This document shows, piece after piece, positions 43,422 through 53,029 of a stretch of 64,000 nt of DNA. The notes under the pieces were generated by a model. The model was not told where the DNA came from, did not search any database, and saw only the letters and a list, made by a program, of their open reading frames with translations. The translations under genes were made by a program, and so were the position numbers. The stretch comes from a virus. The stretch is taken from the IMG/VR virus record IMGVR_UViG_3300029893_000002. One strand, written 5' to 3'. How positions within the stretch are numbered: position 1 is the first letter of the stretch; every line of letters starts with the position of its first letter.

Positions 43422-43861
43422 GGGGGACCTACGGCGATAAGCTCCAGGCGCGGCTCCTTGTCGATTTCGACATGGCCGCGAGGTTCGTCGAGCGCATGCC
43501 CGAGACCATCGCGGGCTCGGCCCTGCGCTGCCACGAGGTCGCCAGGGCCGTTCTCGAGGTGCTCCGCGCCAAGCCGCTCAAGACCACGCACTGGGCTGTG
43601 ATCGACGGCGTCTACGGGTGGTCCGATCACTCGTGGCTCGTGAGTGGGGGGTGGGGCGCCATCCTCGACGTCTACTCGGTCGGCCAGTGGCCGCTCTGCC
43701 GGATTGTCGATCCCTACGGGCCCGAGGGCACATCGACCGGTCGGTCGTCGAGCAGCTGCTTGCCCACCAGCCTCAGTGGTAGAATCGCCTCGTGGCGATC
43801 GACCAGCACGGGCTTGCCGAGGCCCTCGGCACCGACCTCGCCGTGCCTGTCCGCTGGATGA
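43418..43861 (+). CDS. Hypothetical protein
   Basis: ATGA coupling; 3' end overlaps the next gene. Confidence 0.55.
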   Translation: MRGTYGDKLQARLLVDFDMAARFVERMPETIAGSALRCHEVARAVLEVLRAKPLKTTHWAVIDGVYGWSDHSWLVSGGWGAILDVYSVGQWPLCRIVDPYGPEGTSTGRSSSSCLPTSLSGRIASWRSTSTGLPRPSAPTSPCLSAG

Positions 43862-45036
43862 GCCGGCTTCGGCGCGCCGAGGGCGATTCCGAGCGGGCGC
43901 GCGCGCTGCTCGGTGAGATGGCGGCCGAGGTGCCGCGGGCCAAGGGCGTCGGCGAGATCCCCGGCGCGGCCTACTACCTCGACCTCGGGCGGCGGCCGAC
44001 GCTCCTCTACGACCTCGCGACGCGCCGCTGGACGATTGCCGGGCCGACCGACTACCGGCTCCGGCAGAGGCTCGGCGAAAACCCCGTCCAGGAACCCTGG
44101 CGCTCGCAGCTGCCGCGCCGCACGGTGGACGAGCTCGACCAGGCCGAGCGGCGCCTTGCCGATCTTCGCGACGCCGCCGACGCTGCCTACGAGGCCGGCG
44201 ACATGGACCGGGCCGAGGAGCTCGACGCCCAGGCCGAGGAGCTCGCCGAGCGGATCGAGTCGATGGCCGAGGCCGTCGATGAGGTGGCTGTCGAAGAAGC
44301 CCACGGCGAGCGCGGCGAAGAGGAACCGCGGCTCAGAGAAATCGGACTCGGCCTCGAGTTTGGCGTCGGCGTCGAGGACCAGCTGGCCGAATACTACCGG
44401 CGCCTGCTCCGCTTCGAGGACGGCACCGAGCCCTTTTCCGGGGTCGAGTCAGAGGCCCAGCTCGCCGAGCTCATTCGGCGCGAGTGGGGAGCGCGCTACC
44501 CCAACATCGCGCGCGCCTCCGATGCCGAGCTCGTCGATCTCGCGCGCGACGCCTACGAGGCCCTCCGCGGCCGAATCCTGCGCTACCGCGAGCGGCGCTG
44601 GGCGCGCATGGCCGGCAACGCCTCGCTTCCACGGACCCAGGAGGCGTTCGACCGCCACTTCGACGTCATCGAGCGCGAGCTTCCCGACTTCGGTACGCTC
44701 GAGCTGCACATCGACCCCGAGGCGCACGACGGCGGCCGCCACTACGCCTACTGCAAGGCCGCGGGCGGGACCGTGCTTCTCGCCTTCGCGCCCGAGATCG
44801 AAGGGCTGCCCCCCGAGAACATCGACGGCCTCGTCGCCCACGAGATGGGCCACGCGGTCGACTTCCGCTACGGCAAGGCGCTCGAGGGGACGCTCGGCCC
44901 GCTCCCATCGGACGTCGAGGAGCGCGCCGACGAGATCGCGAGGCGCCTGTTCGGCAAGACCATCGAGTACGATGATAGACTGGTGCAATGCGTAGGGTGC
45001 GGCGGTCAGAGCCCTCGTCCGAAGGGTCTTCGCTAG
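43792..45036 (+). CDS. Multidomain protein with C-terminal zincin (HExxH) domain
   Basis: LVAHEMGHAVD..EERAD. Confidence 0.8.
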   Translation: MAIDQHGLAEALGTDLAVPVRWMSRLRRAEGDSERARALLGEMAAEVPRAKGVGEIPGAAYYLDLGRRPTLLYDLATRRWTIAGPTDYRLRQRLGENPVQEPWRSQLPRRTVDELDQAERRLADLRDAADAAYEAGDMDRAEELDAQAEELAERIESMAEAVDEVAVEEAHGERGEEEPRLREIGLGLEFGVGVEDQLAEYYRRLLRFEDGTEPFSGVESEAQLAELIRREWGARYPNIARASDAELVDLARDAYEALRGRILRYRERRWARMAGNASLPRTQEAFDRHFDVIERELPDFGTLELHIDPEAHDGGRHYAYCKAAGGTVLLAFAPEIEGLPPENIDGLVAHEMGHAVDFRYGKALEGTLGPLPSDVEERADEIARRLFGKTIEYDDRLVQCVGCGGQSPRPKGLR

Positions 45037-46409
45037 ACAGCTGGGAGGACGACTCCTACGAGGAGTCGGGCGGCTGGGACCTCTCGCTCCCCTCCGATGC
45101 GCTCGGCCATCAGCGGATCGCCGAGGCCCTCGCCCAGGCGCCCGAGTTTCTGCGCCGCTCGGGACTGCCCGTGACGATCCCCTACCTCGCCGCTGAGCTC
45201 CAAAAGCGCTTCCTCGGATCGGGCAAGTACGCCGTCGTCTACGCCCTCGGCGAGCGAAAGGTGCTCAAGGTGACGCTCGACCGCGACGACGGCTACGCCG
45301 CGGCGAGCCTCGACGGCGGCAAGAAGCACCGCGGCGTCGTGCGGATCCACCGCGTCGGCAAGGTCCCGTTGACCCACGGCATCTCCGAGGCGCTGCTCGA
45401 GGGAGGCATCTCGCCGCCCCAAGACGAGAGCGACGAGCCCGTGATCACGTGGACCCCCTACCTCTACGTCATCGTCGCTGAGCGCGTCACCACCCAGGCC
45501 GACCTCGAGCGAGCCGCGCTGGCCAACGCCCAGGCCAAGGGTCCGGGCGGCTTTCCCTGCCGGGTGCTCAACGACGCCCTCATCGAGGCGGTCGCGCTCA
45601 TGATGCACGTCCAGCGGCTCCCGTCCTACCTCTCGACCGGCGAGGCGACGCGCGCGATCAAGAAGGAGCAGCGCGACCTCGAGATGAGCGAGCTCGGCGA
45701 GATGTTCTTCAAGGACCTCGTCAGCGCCGCCGAGACCCTCACCGAGCGCGGGATCGACTTCGCCGACTACCACGAGGGCAACGTCGGCGTCGTCAGCCGC
45801 AACGGCGACGCTCACCTCGTCGTCATCGACTTCGGCCACAAGAGCTGGGCCGGAGACCGCGAGGCGCCCCCAATTCCGCTCCTTCGCAATCCCGAGCCGG
45901 CGACCGACCCCTGGGATGACTTCGACGCCTACGCCGCACGGCTCGCCCAGGCGCGCGCAGCGTTCCGTGGCCGCTTCGGCCACGTCGAGCGCCTCATCGT
46001 CTCGCCCGTCGAGTTCACGGGCTTTCGTCCCATCCCGCCCAGCGAACAGCCGGTCGACATGAAGCCACAGGGCATCTGGTACGGATGCGGACTCGAATGG
46101 GTCGAGTGGCTCCTCAGCAACGACGCGCCGGTGGGCGACTGGATCTACTCGGTCGAGATCACCTCGGCCGTGCTGCGGCTCACGACCGCCGACGAGGTGC
46201 TCGCGTTCAGCCGCGAGTACGGGGTCGGTGGCAGCAACGTCGACTGGCGCCGCGTCGCCGAGCGCTGGGCCGGCATCGAGATCTGCCCCTACCAGTGGGA
46301 GCTTCGGTACCGGCCGGAGACCGGATGGTACAGCCCGTGGGACGTCGCCTCGGGATGCATCTGGGACGAGCGCGGGATCCGCGCGCTCGACCTCCTCAGC
46401 CGCGCCTAG
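44988..46409 (+). CDS. Protein-kinase-like domain fused to a conserved-looking KP.GIW..DW..VA..GIEI..WDVASG domain
   Basis: LGSGKYAVVY, KVLK, DYHEGN, VIDFG. Confidence 0.82.
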   Translation: MRRVRRSEPSSEGSSLDSWEDDSYEESGGWDLSLPSDALGHQRIAEALAQAPEFLRRSGLPVTIPYLAAELQKRFLGSGKYAVVYALGERKVLKVTLDRDDGYAAASLDGGKKHRGVVRIHRVGKVPLTHGISEALLEGGISPPQDESDEPVITWTPYLYVIVAERVTTQADLERAALANAQAKGPGGFPCRVLNDALIEAVALMMHVQRLPSYLSTGEATRAIKKEQRDLEMSELGEMFFKDLVSAAETLTERGIDFADYHEGNVGVVSRNGDAHLVVIDFGHKSWAGDREAPPIPLLRNPEPATDPWDDFDAYAARLAQARAAFRGRFGHVERLIVSPVEFTGFRPIPPSEQPVDMKPQGIWYGCGLEWVEWLLSNDAPVGDWIYSVEITSAVLRLTTADEVLAFSREYGVGGSNVDWRRVAERWAGIEICPYQWELRYRPETGWYSPWDVASGCIWDERGIRALDLLSRA

Positions 46410-46751
46410 TCAGTCGACCTCGACGTCGCGCGTGATCTCGAACGAGTAGCACTGGAGGATCTCGTCGTCATTCACAGCGACGTCCGCCATGTCGAGCACG
46501 GCAAGGGAGGCGGCCTTCGTGACCATCGCAGCGTATTTCTCGGCCATGAGCCGCCCCTCGAACGTGTCGTCGTGCTTCACGGTGAACACGGCCTTCGCGG
46601 ACTCGATAACGACCGTGACATCGAGGCCTGGCATCGCCGCCGCGTCCTCCTCTATGCCCTCGGCCGCGCCTTCGACAAACTGTTCGAGCTGCCGGTCGTC
46701 GTTGATCACGAAGTCCGGGTGGCTCACCCGGAGAACGAGTGCTTTCGCCAT
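46410..46751 (-). CDS. Hypothetical protein
   Basis: ATG with AAAGGGG upstream. Confidence 0.6.
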   Translation of the reverse strand: MAKALVLRVSHPDFVINDDRQLEQFVEGAAEGIEEDAAAMPGLDVTVVIESAKAVFTVKHDDTFEGRLMAEKYAAMVTKAASLAVLDMADVAVNDDEILQCYSFEITRDVEVD

Positions 46752-46781
46752 GCGGTTACCCCTTTCTGGTACGATCGCATC

Positions 46782-47540
46782 ATGCTCGTCGACCTTCTCC
46801 GTTATCGCAAGCCCATGGCGATGATGAAGCGCGCCCGGGCGATGCTGGCCAAGCTCGGCCCCCCGACCGAAGACGAGCAAATCGCCATCGTCAAAGCCTT
46901 CGCCATGCAGAGGCTTCCCTACCCCACCGACAAGCGCGGCAACATCGTCCGGCCCTTCCGCTCCGTCCACCACACAGCGACCCCCGCAGCCGTCGCCGGC
47001 GCGCTCGAGCTCGGCGCCCACGGCGCGGTCCTGCTCGACGACGTCCACTTGAGCCAGTGGCTTCCGCAGTACCTCGTCAGGATCGTCGACCGCAAGGGCG
47101 AGCGCGAGTACGACCCGGCGCTCGTCCTGTTCAGCCTGCCCGAGGGCGAGCCGGTGCCCCCGGTGCTCGCGGAGTTTCTTTCGCGCGTCGAGGCAAACAA
47201 CGGCTCCTACAGCTTCGTCGGCGACTGCCGTGCCGGCCCGATTTGGTGGATCGAGTGGATCACCGACGAGGACGTCGAGGGATACGACGACGAGGTCCCG
47301 TGGGAAGAGATCGAGCAAGACCTCGCGGCCGATCCCGACTTCCGCATGTTCATGGGCGTCTGGGCCGTCCATCCCACCGAGGACTACCAGGTGGACTACT
47401 ACCGGACGCGGTCGCCCTCGGGCGTTCCGATCATCGTGATCCAGCACAGCGGCATCGAGCACGTCTGGGCCGCGGGCGACGTCGATCTCGAAAGGGAAGA
47501 GCAGCTCGCCGCCGAGGCAGGCTTCTGGTACCTCGTCTAG
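46782..47540 (+). CDS. Hypothetical protein
   Basis: ATG 6 nt after TGGTACGAT. Confidence 0.75.
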   Translation: MLVDLLRYRKPMAMMKRARAMLAKLGPPTEDEQIAIVKAFAMQRLPYPTDKRGNIVRPFRSVHHTATPAAVAGALELGAHGAVLLDDVHLSQWLPQYLVRIVDRKGEREYDPALVLFSLPEGEPVPPVLAEFLSRVEANNGSYSFVGDCRAGPIWWIEWITDEDVEGYDDEVPWEEIEQDLAADPDFRMFMGVWAVHPTEDYQVDYYRTRSPSGVPIIVIQHSGIEHVWAAGDVDLEREEQLAAEAGFWYLV

Positions 47541-47908
47541 GCCTCGTAGCCGGACCAGGCCGTGACGAGGAGCACCCTCAGCTTTTGCCCGAGTGACGGC
47601 GGCATCCGGTCGCAGAACGCGTGGATCTCCTCGAGCGACTCGAACCCGCGGATCCGTAGGACCGGATAGCGGCTCAGCTGGTTTCCGAACCAGAGGACCC
47701 GCACCGGGACGCCGTCCCGATGCCAGGTGCCGAGCGCGTAGGCCAGGTCGTGCGGACCGTCCTGTCCGCAGTCGCAGTGCCAGATCGTCGGCTCGGTCTT
47801 CGCGAGCGCACGGACCTCGCGCACAACCGTCTCGAGAGGGAAGGCGTAGAGGACGAGGTTGGCGCCGCCCCACTGGGCGACGATGTGCTGTGACGGCGCT
47901 TCGCTCAC
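47537..47908 (-). CDS. Hypothetical protein
   Basis: GTGA coupling. Confidence 0.6.
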   Translation of the reverse strand: MSEAPSQHIVAQWGGANLVLYAFPLETVVREVRALAKTEPTIWHCDCGQDGPHDLAYALGTWHRDGVPVRVLWFGNQLSRYPVLRIRGFESLEEIHAFCDRMPPSLGQKLRVLLVTAWSGYEA

Positions 47909-48435
47909 GCCGGCTTCTCCTGGCTCGTTCGCGCGCGCCACTCGTCCGCCTCGACGAGCCGCGCCGGCCGGTGGCAGAGCCGGAGCGTTCGAGCGACGTG
48001 CGCGAGCGGCCAGCCGCAGGCCGAGAGCACCACCACGAGCACATGGTCGGCGTCGGGCGCGCCCCCGTCGTCCGGCACGATGACGTACTCGGGGTGGGGC
48101 GCGCGGTCGATCACGAGGAGGTTTCCGTGCTCGAGAATCCGCTGGACCTCGGCCGCCACACGCTCGAGACCCACCGCGTGGCCGAGCGCGACCTCCAGGT
48201 CGTGCTCGGTGTGGCGCTCGGTTCGGCCGCGCTTCCCGGTGACGAGGCGGTAGCCGTAGACCCAGACGATCCAGCCGATCGACGTGGTCAGCAGGATCAC
48301 CAGCGCCATCGCGAAGACGGCCCCCACCGTGTGGCTCTCGAAGGCCGAAAGGGCGAGAGCCGTCCCCACCAACGTGAACGCGTACCCCATCACGAAGGGC
48401 CGCGCGATGCGCTCGATCTTCCGAAGGTACCCCAT
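47905..48435 (-). CDS. Membrane protein (two N-terminal TM helices)
   Basis: Hydrophobic segments. Confidence 0.65.
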   Translation of the reverse strand: MGYLRKIERIARPFVMGYAFTLVGTALALSAFESHTVGAVFAMALVILLTTSIGWIVWVYGYRLVTGKRGRTERHTEHDLEVALGHAVGLERVAAEVQRILEHGNLLVIDRAPHPEYVIVPDDGGAPDADHVLVVVLSACGWPLAHVARTLRLCHRPARLVEADEWRARTSQEKPA

Positions 48436-48484
48436 GGACCCGGAGCCTACATCATGAGGGGCGTTCTCTGGTAGAATCGGAGCC

Positions 48485-48952
48485 ATGGCGCGCTCGAAGG
48501 GCTACTCCGACTTCGACTGGATCATCAGCGGCAAGCTGGCGCAGGGCGCCTACCCCGATCCGCCCGACCGCGTCTTCGCCACCTTCGACACCGTCGTCTT
48601 CACCGCCGAGGAGGCCCAGCCCCGCTGGCTCTCGCCGCCCGCGGGCAAGACGCCGATCTTCGTGCCGATGGACGACGACCTCTACCGGCCCGTCGACCTC
48701 GCCTCGGCGCAGATCCTCAATCGGCTCGCGAACCAGCTCGCCGACGAGGTCGTCCGCGGCCGCAAGGTGCTCATCACGTGCTGGCAGGGCGCGAACCGCT
48801 CGGGGCTGCTTACCGCCCTCGTCCTCATGAAGGTCAAGGGCATGAACGGCGCCGCGGCGATCCGCACCATCCAGCAGCGCCGACGCCCGAAGGGTATCGA
48901 GGCGCTCTGCAACCCGATGTTCCAGCAGTTCTTGCTGAGCCTGCCCGGCTAG
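48485..48952 (+). CDS. Dual-specificity/PTP-family phosphatase
   Basis: MDD, VLITCWQGANRS (CX5R), NPMF..FL. Confidence 0.9.
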   Translation: MARSKGYSDFDWIISGKLAQGAYPDPPDRVFATFDTVVFTAEEAQPRWLSPPAGKTPIFVPMDDDLYRPVDLASAQILNRLANQLADEVVRGRKVLITCWQGANRSGLLTALVLMKVKGMNGAAAIRTIQQRRRPKGIEALCNPMFQQFLLSLPG

Positions 48953-49341
48953 CGGCCGGCGAGGGCGTTGCGCGGGATGCGGCCCGCCTGCACCCCGGAC
49001 TCGACCCACTTCTTGATCTCGGGCCACTCGATCAGGATCGGGGTGATCTTGCCGCAGTGACCGCACACCGGCCGGACGACGATGCCCTGGTTCGTCGGCG
49101 TCGTCCCCTTGACCTTGCGGCCGATGAAGAAGGCGAGGATCTCGCCCCAGGGCGTGATCATCTTCGCCTGCCAGCCGCAGTGCCGGCAGCTGTGGGTCGA
49201 CTCGATCCCGCCCCGGTGGGGCCGCGTGTTGACCTCCTCGAGCTGCTCGGCTCCGAGGTTCGCCAACATGTCGTCGGCCCCGAGGGCGCGGCCGTTCCGC
49301 ACCATCTGTTCCCGCCACACTGCGCCACGGCCGTTGCTCAT
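48949..49341 (-). CDS. Zn-binding hypothetical protein
   Basis: CRHCG..CGHCG. Confidence 0.7.
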   Translation of the reverse strand: MSNGRGAVWREQMVRNGRALGADDMLANLGAEQLEEVNTRPHRGGIESTHSCRHCGWQAKMITPWGEILAFFIGRKVKGTTPTNQGIVVRPVCGHCGKITPILIEWPEIKKWVESGVQAGRIPRNALAGR

Positions 49342-49407
49342 AGGGAGACCCCTTTCGTCGCTGATCGTCCAAAGGCTAAGATACCAGGGGAGAATCGAGG
49401 CCGCTAG

Positions 49408-50622
49408 ATGGAGCGGATCGAGTCAAAAATGCGCCCGAACCGCGCCGACAAGCGGCTCAGGTACATCGCCGGCCGCTACCCCGAGCCCGAGCCGCTCTAC
49501 TACGCCATCGAGGCCGCGCTCGAGCTGCACGGGATCCACGACCGTTGGCCGCCGGCCCGGTCGCTCATGCTCGGGGACGACGAGAGCTGGAACCGCGTGA
49601 TCCGACGGTGGCTCGACGAGAACGAGTCGCTCTTCCGCGTCCACCACCGCTACGACCGGTACCTGCCGTGGGTCGCCGAACAGGTCCACCGGATGCCCAA
49701 GTGGCGCGGGTCCCGCACAGGCAGCGACCTCTCCCTCGAGCTTCGGTCCATCGGCGACTGGGCTCAGGCCCAGAAGATCGACCTCGCCGAGGTCCCGGCC
49801 GAGACGGCCATCGAGGAGGCTCGTCGCTGGTCGAGAGAGCGCAAGCCCGTCGATGTGACGCACGGCTCGGTCGTCCTTCGCTTCGACAACGGCTGGACCG
49901 TCCAGGAGCTCACGACGCAAGAGCAACTGAACGACGAGGGTGAGGCCATGCAGCACTGCGTCGGGGAATACTGCGACCTCGTCGGCGCCGAAGCGGTCCG
50001 GATCTACTCGCTCCGCGATCCCGGCGGCATGCCCCACGTCACCATCGAGACCGATCCATCGGGAGTCCTCTTCAAGCAGATCCGCGGCAAGCAGAACCGA
50101 AAGCCCATCAAGGACTACTGGCCGTACCTGGGAGCGTTCATCGCTCACCGGCAGGGCGATCCGCCCGCAGAGGTGCTGCGCATCGCAGACACCATGCGCT
50201 CGGCCGCCATCAAGCAGCGGGAGGCCGAAAGGCGGTCGGTAGCGCTCGTGCTCCGCGCCGACGAGTACGTTCGGTGCGGCGACTTCGACAAGGCCGCCAT
50301 CGCCGTGCTCGAGGCCAATCAGCTGTCGCCGCATGCGTCGCTGCGTTGGCTCATCGAGGACCTCGTCCGTGCCGACGACCCCGATCGGATGAAGACGATC
50401 CTGCTCGATCACTTCGCGACGCTGCCCGAGGAGCGGTCGCAATACCCCATCTTCGAGCCGTTCCTCCTGTCGATCGATGGCGTCCCGAACCAGATCACCA
50501 TCCGTGACTGGATGGCCGACTCGTCCGACCCGATCTTCCTCTACCAGCACTCCATCCCCGCCTTCCGGCCCGAGCCGGTCGACGACTACCTATTCGCCGC
50601 CCGTGAAGAGGGGCTCATCTGA
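49408..50622 (+). CDS. PcfJ-like domain protein (copy 1)
   Basis: L..EGEAMQHCVGEY..IYSLRD..PHVTIE..QIRGKQN. Confidence 0.85.
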   Translation: MERIESKMRPNRADKRLRYIAGRYPEPEPLYYAIEAALELHGIHDRWPPARSLMLGDDESWNRVIRRWLDENESLFRVHHRYDRYLPWVAEQVHRMPKWRGSRTGSDLSLELRSIGDWAQAQKIDLAEVPAETAIEEARRWSRERKPVDVTHGSVVLRFDNGWTVQELTTQEQLNDEGEAMQHCVGEYCDLVGAEAVRIYSLRDPGGMPHVTIETDPSGVLFKQIRGKQNRKPIKDYWPYLGAFIAHRQGDPPAEVLRIADTMRSAAIKQREAERRSVALVLRADEYVRCGDFDKAAIAVLEANQLSPHASLRWLIEDLVRADDPDRMKTILLDHFATLPEERSQYPIFEPFLLSIDGVPNQITIRDWMADSSDPIFLYQHSIPAFRPEPVDDYLFAAREEGLI

Positions 50623-52046
50623 TGGCCTGGGCCGAGGAGATGACCCCGAACCCCGTCGGCAAGCGCCTCGAGTACGTCGCGAGGCAGTACCGCGACTACC
50701 CGAACGCCATCTACTGGGCCATCGCCGCCGCGCTCGAGCTCAAGGGGATCCACCGCATCAAGCCCCCTTCGCCGCCGTCTCCGCGCGCGAGCGAACGCAA
50801 CGCGGAATGGCACCAACTGCTCGTCGACTTCATCCGAAAGCACAGCCGCGAGCTCGGACGGCACCCCTACGAGAAGCACCTTCCCTGGGTGGCGCGCGAG
50901 GTCTCCCGGGCCCGCGGCGAGATGGGCTTTGACCGCGTCGGCTACGACCTCATGATGCGGCTCCGGTCGATCGGTGACTGGGCCACCGCCGAGCACATCG
51001 ATCTCGGTCGCTGGTCGGCCGACGAAGCGATCGATTCCGCACGGGAGTGGGCCGAGGAGCACGATCCCGTCGATGTTGTGCAGGGCACCGTCGTCTACCG
51101 GTTTCCTGACGGCTGGACCGTTCAGGAGCTCGAGGCCGTCGCCGAGCTCGAGGACGAGGGCGAGGCGATGCAGCACTGCGTCGGTGACTACTGCGACGAT
51201 GTCGATGAGGGGATCGTCAGGATCTATTCGATTCGCGACCCCTCGGGTAAGCCGCATGTGACGCTCGAGTTCGACACCGACCTCGGCCAGTTCACCCAGA
51301 TCCGCGGCAAGCAGAACGTGCCACCCGTCGAGCGCTACTGGCCCTACGTCGGCGCGTTTGTTCGGCACGCGAATGCCGACTACCGCATGCCGGAGTCCTA
51401 CCTCCAGTTCGCACGCGCCGTCATCAAGCGCGCCAAGCAGATCAAGGCCGATGAGGAGGCCATCCCGAAGATGGTCGCCGAGGCCGTGTCGCTCGCGCTC
51501 GCGGGCGAGTACGAAGAGGCGCTCGAGGTGGCGGAACGCGCACGGATGCGCGAGCTCGGCTACTTCACCCACGATCGTCTCCAGCCTCTCGTCGATGCGA
51601 TCGAGGAGGCCGTCAAGGAATGGCACACGCTTCGCGACGGCGAGATCGACGCGCTTCGACGCGATGGGATCGTCGTCGACCCGAACATCTCGGTCGGAGA
51701 CTTCTTGCGGATCGAAGATCAGATTGCCGAGGTCGGTGGCTACCCTCTGGGCGGTTCCGCCTCGTCGCCTGACTCCTTCAATCTGATCCGCAAGGCCGAC
51801 CGCAGATGGGCCCGGACCATCCGCGACATCGCCGACGAGTACGAGCCGTCCGAGCTAGGCGACATCCTTTCGTTCGAGGACCCCGACACTGGCGCTGTCA
51901 CCGAGGTCGATGTGGAGTCGGGTCACGCGCTCGACGACCCCGAGGAGATTGTGCTCGAGCTCGCCGAGCGCGACAGCCTGCCCGGCCCGGTCCCCGAAGC
52001 GACCGCGCACTACGTCGAGGCCGCGAAGGCCGTGGGGTGGGCCTGA
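50622..52046 (+). CDS. PcfJ-like domain protein (copy 2)
   Basis: Same motif set; TGATG coupling. Confidence 0.85.
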   Translation: MAWAEEMTPNPVGKRLEYVARQYRDYPNAIYWAIAAALELKGIHRIKPPSPPSPRASERNAEWHQLLVDFIRKHSRELGRHPYEKHLPWVAREVSRARGEMGFDRVGYDLMMRLRSIGDWATAEHIDLGRWSADEAIDSAREWAEEHDPVDVVQGTVVYRFPDGWTVQELEAVAELEDEGEAMQHCVGDYCDDVDEGIVRIYSIRDPSGKPHVTLEFDTDLGQFTQIRGKQNVPPVERYWPYVGAFVRHANADYRMPESYLQFARAVIKRAKQIKADEEAIPKMVAEAVSLALAGEYEEALEVAERARMRELGYFTHDRLQPLVDAIEEAVKEWHTLRDGEIDALRRDGIVVDPNISVGDFLRIEDQIAEVGGYPLGGSASSPDSFNLIRKADRRWARTIRDIADEYEPSELGDILSFEDPDTGAVTEVDVESGHALDDPEEIVLELAERDSLPGPVPEATAHYVEAAKAVGWA

Positions 52047-52486
52047 TGGACGAGCGGACCGAAGCGGCGGTGCCCTACGAGCGCATGAGCTACGAGGACC
52101 TCGTCCGGACCGTGCGCGCCCAGGACACCATCATCTCGAACCTCCACCGCATCACCGGCGGGCTCGAGGAGGAGATCCAGCACCTCCAGGAGGTGCTGGA
52201 CGTGCTGCGCGAGTCCAACAAGGAGCTGCTCGAGCGCGTGCGGCTCGGCGGCGAGCTCGAGCGCAGCCAGGAGATGCTGATCGGCAGCTACCGCAAGCGC
52301 ACCGCCGAGCTCGAACGCCAGCTGGGCGCCGCCGAGCGGATGGTCGAAGCCCAGGACGACTTCGTCCGCGTCGTCGCCGAGCGCAACGCCGCGCTCGAGG
52401 GCACCATCGCGGGCCTCTTCTTCCGGCAGCGGGAAGAGGCGGCCGACGCGGCGTGGCGCGCGCGCCGCCCGGCCCAGGCCGCCTGA
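52046..52486 (+). CDS. Coiled-coil protein
   Basis: Heptad-rich; TGATG coupling. Confidence 0.75.
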   Translation: MDERTEAAVPYERMSYEDLVRTVRAQDTIISNLHRITGGLEEEIQHLQEVLDVLRESNKELLERVRLGGELERSQEMLIGSYRKRTAELERQLGAAERMVEAQDDFVRVVAERNAALEGTIAGLFFRQREEAADAAWRARRPAQAA

Positions 52487-52490
52487 GGGT

Positions 52491-52997
52491 TCAGCCGCCC
52501 GGCTTCGGAAGGAGGGTCGAGGCGTCGGCCTCGGCGCGCTTCACGCCGAGCCATGCCTCGATCCGCTGCTCGAGCTCGGCCGTCGCGAGCTTCGGCAGAC
52601 CCGCCTCCTCGATCCACTTCCGGGCCAGGGTGATGGCCGTCTGGAGCTTCTCGTCGCTCCTCGGCACCTGATCGCCCCGGTCGAGGGCCTTGTGGGCCTT
52701 CTCCTCGGCAACCCCGATCGCGCGCTCGAGGATGGCGCGGAGCTGCGCCTCGACCGCCTCGTTCCGCTCGAGCCGGAGCTTCTGGCTGAGCCACGCGTAG
52801 CCCTTGAGCGCGAGCAGCGTCAGCACCGGCGTCAGGATCGCCGCCGCCAGCTCGACCAGGTGGCTGAGGAGAAACTCCCACCAACTCTGTGAGGAATCTC
52901 CCTCCTGCGCGTGGGCCACCGCGGGCACCGCGACATAGAAGGCGATCGCCGCGAGCGGCGCGAACAGGTACGACCAGGTGGCCTTGAGCCTCTGCAT
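52491..52997 (-). CDS. Holin-like (LL-H type) membrane protein with N-terminal signal-like segment
   Basis: TM helix then AI..AEE..G..K..A..IEA pattern; GGAGG SD. Confidence 0.6.
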   Translation of the reverse strand: MQRLKATWSYLFAPLAAIAFYVAVPAVAHAQEGDSSQSWWEFLLSHLVELAAAILTPVLTLLALKGYAWLSQKLRLERNEAVEAQLRAILERAIGVAEEKAHKALDRGDQVPRSDEKLQTAITLARKWIEEAGLPKLATAELEQRIEAWLGVKRAEADASTLLPKPGG

Positions 52998-53029
52998 GGG
53001 GCTATCCTCCTCCGCCGTACGGTACACCG

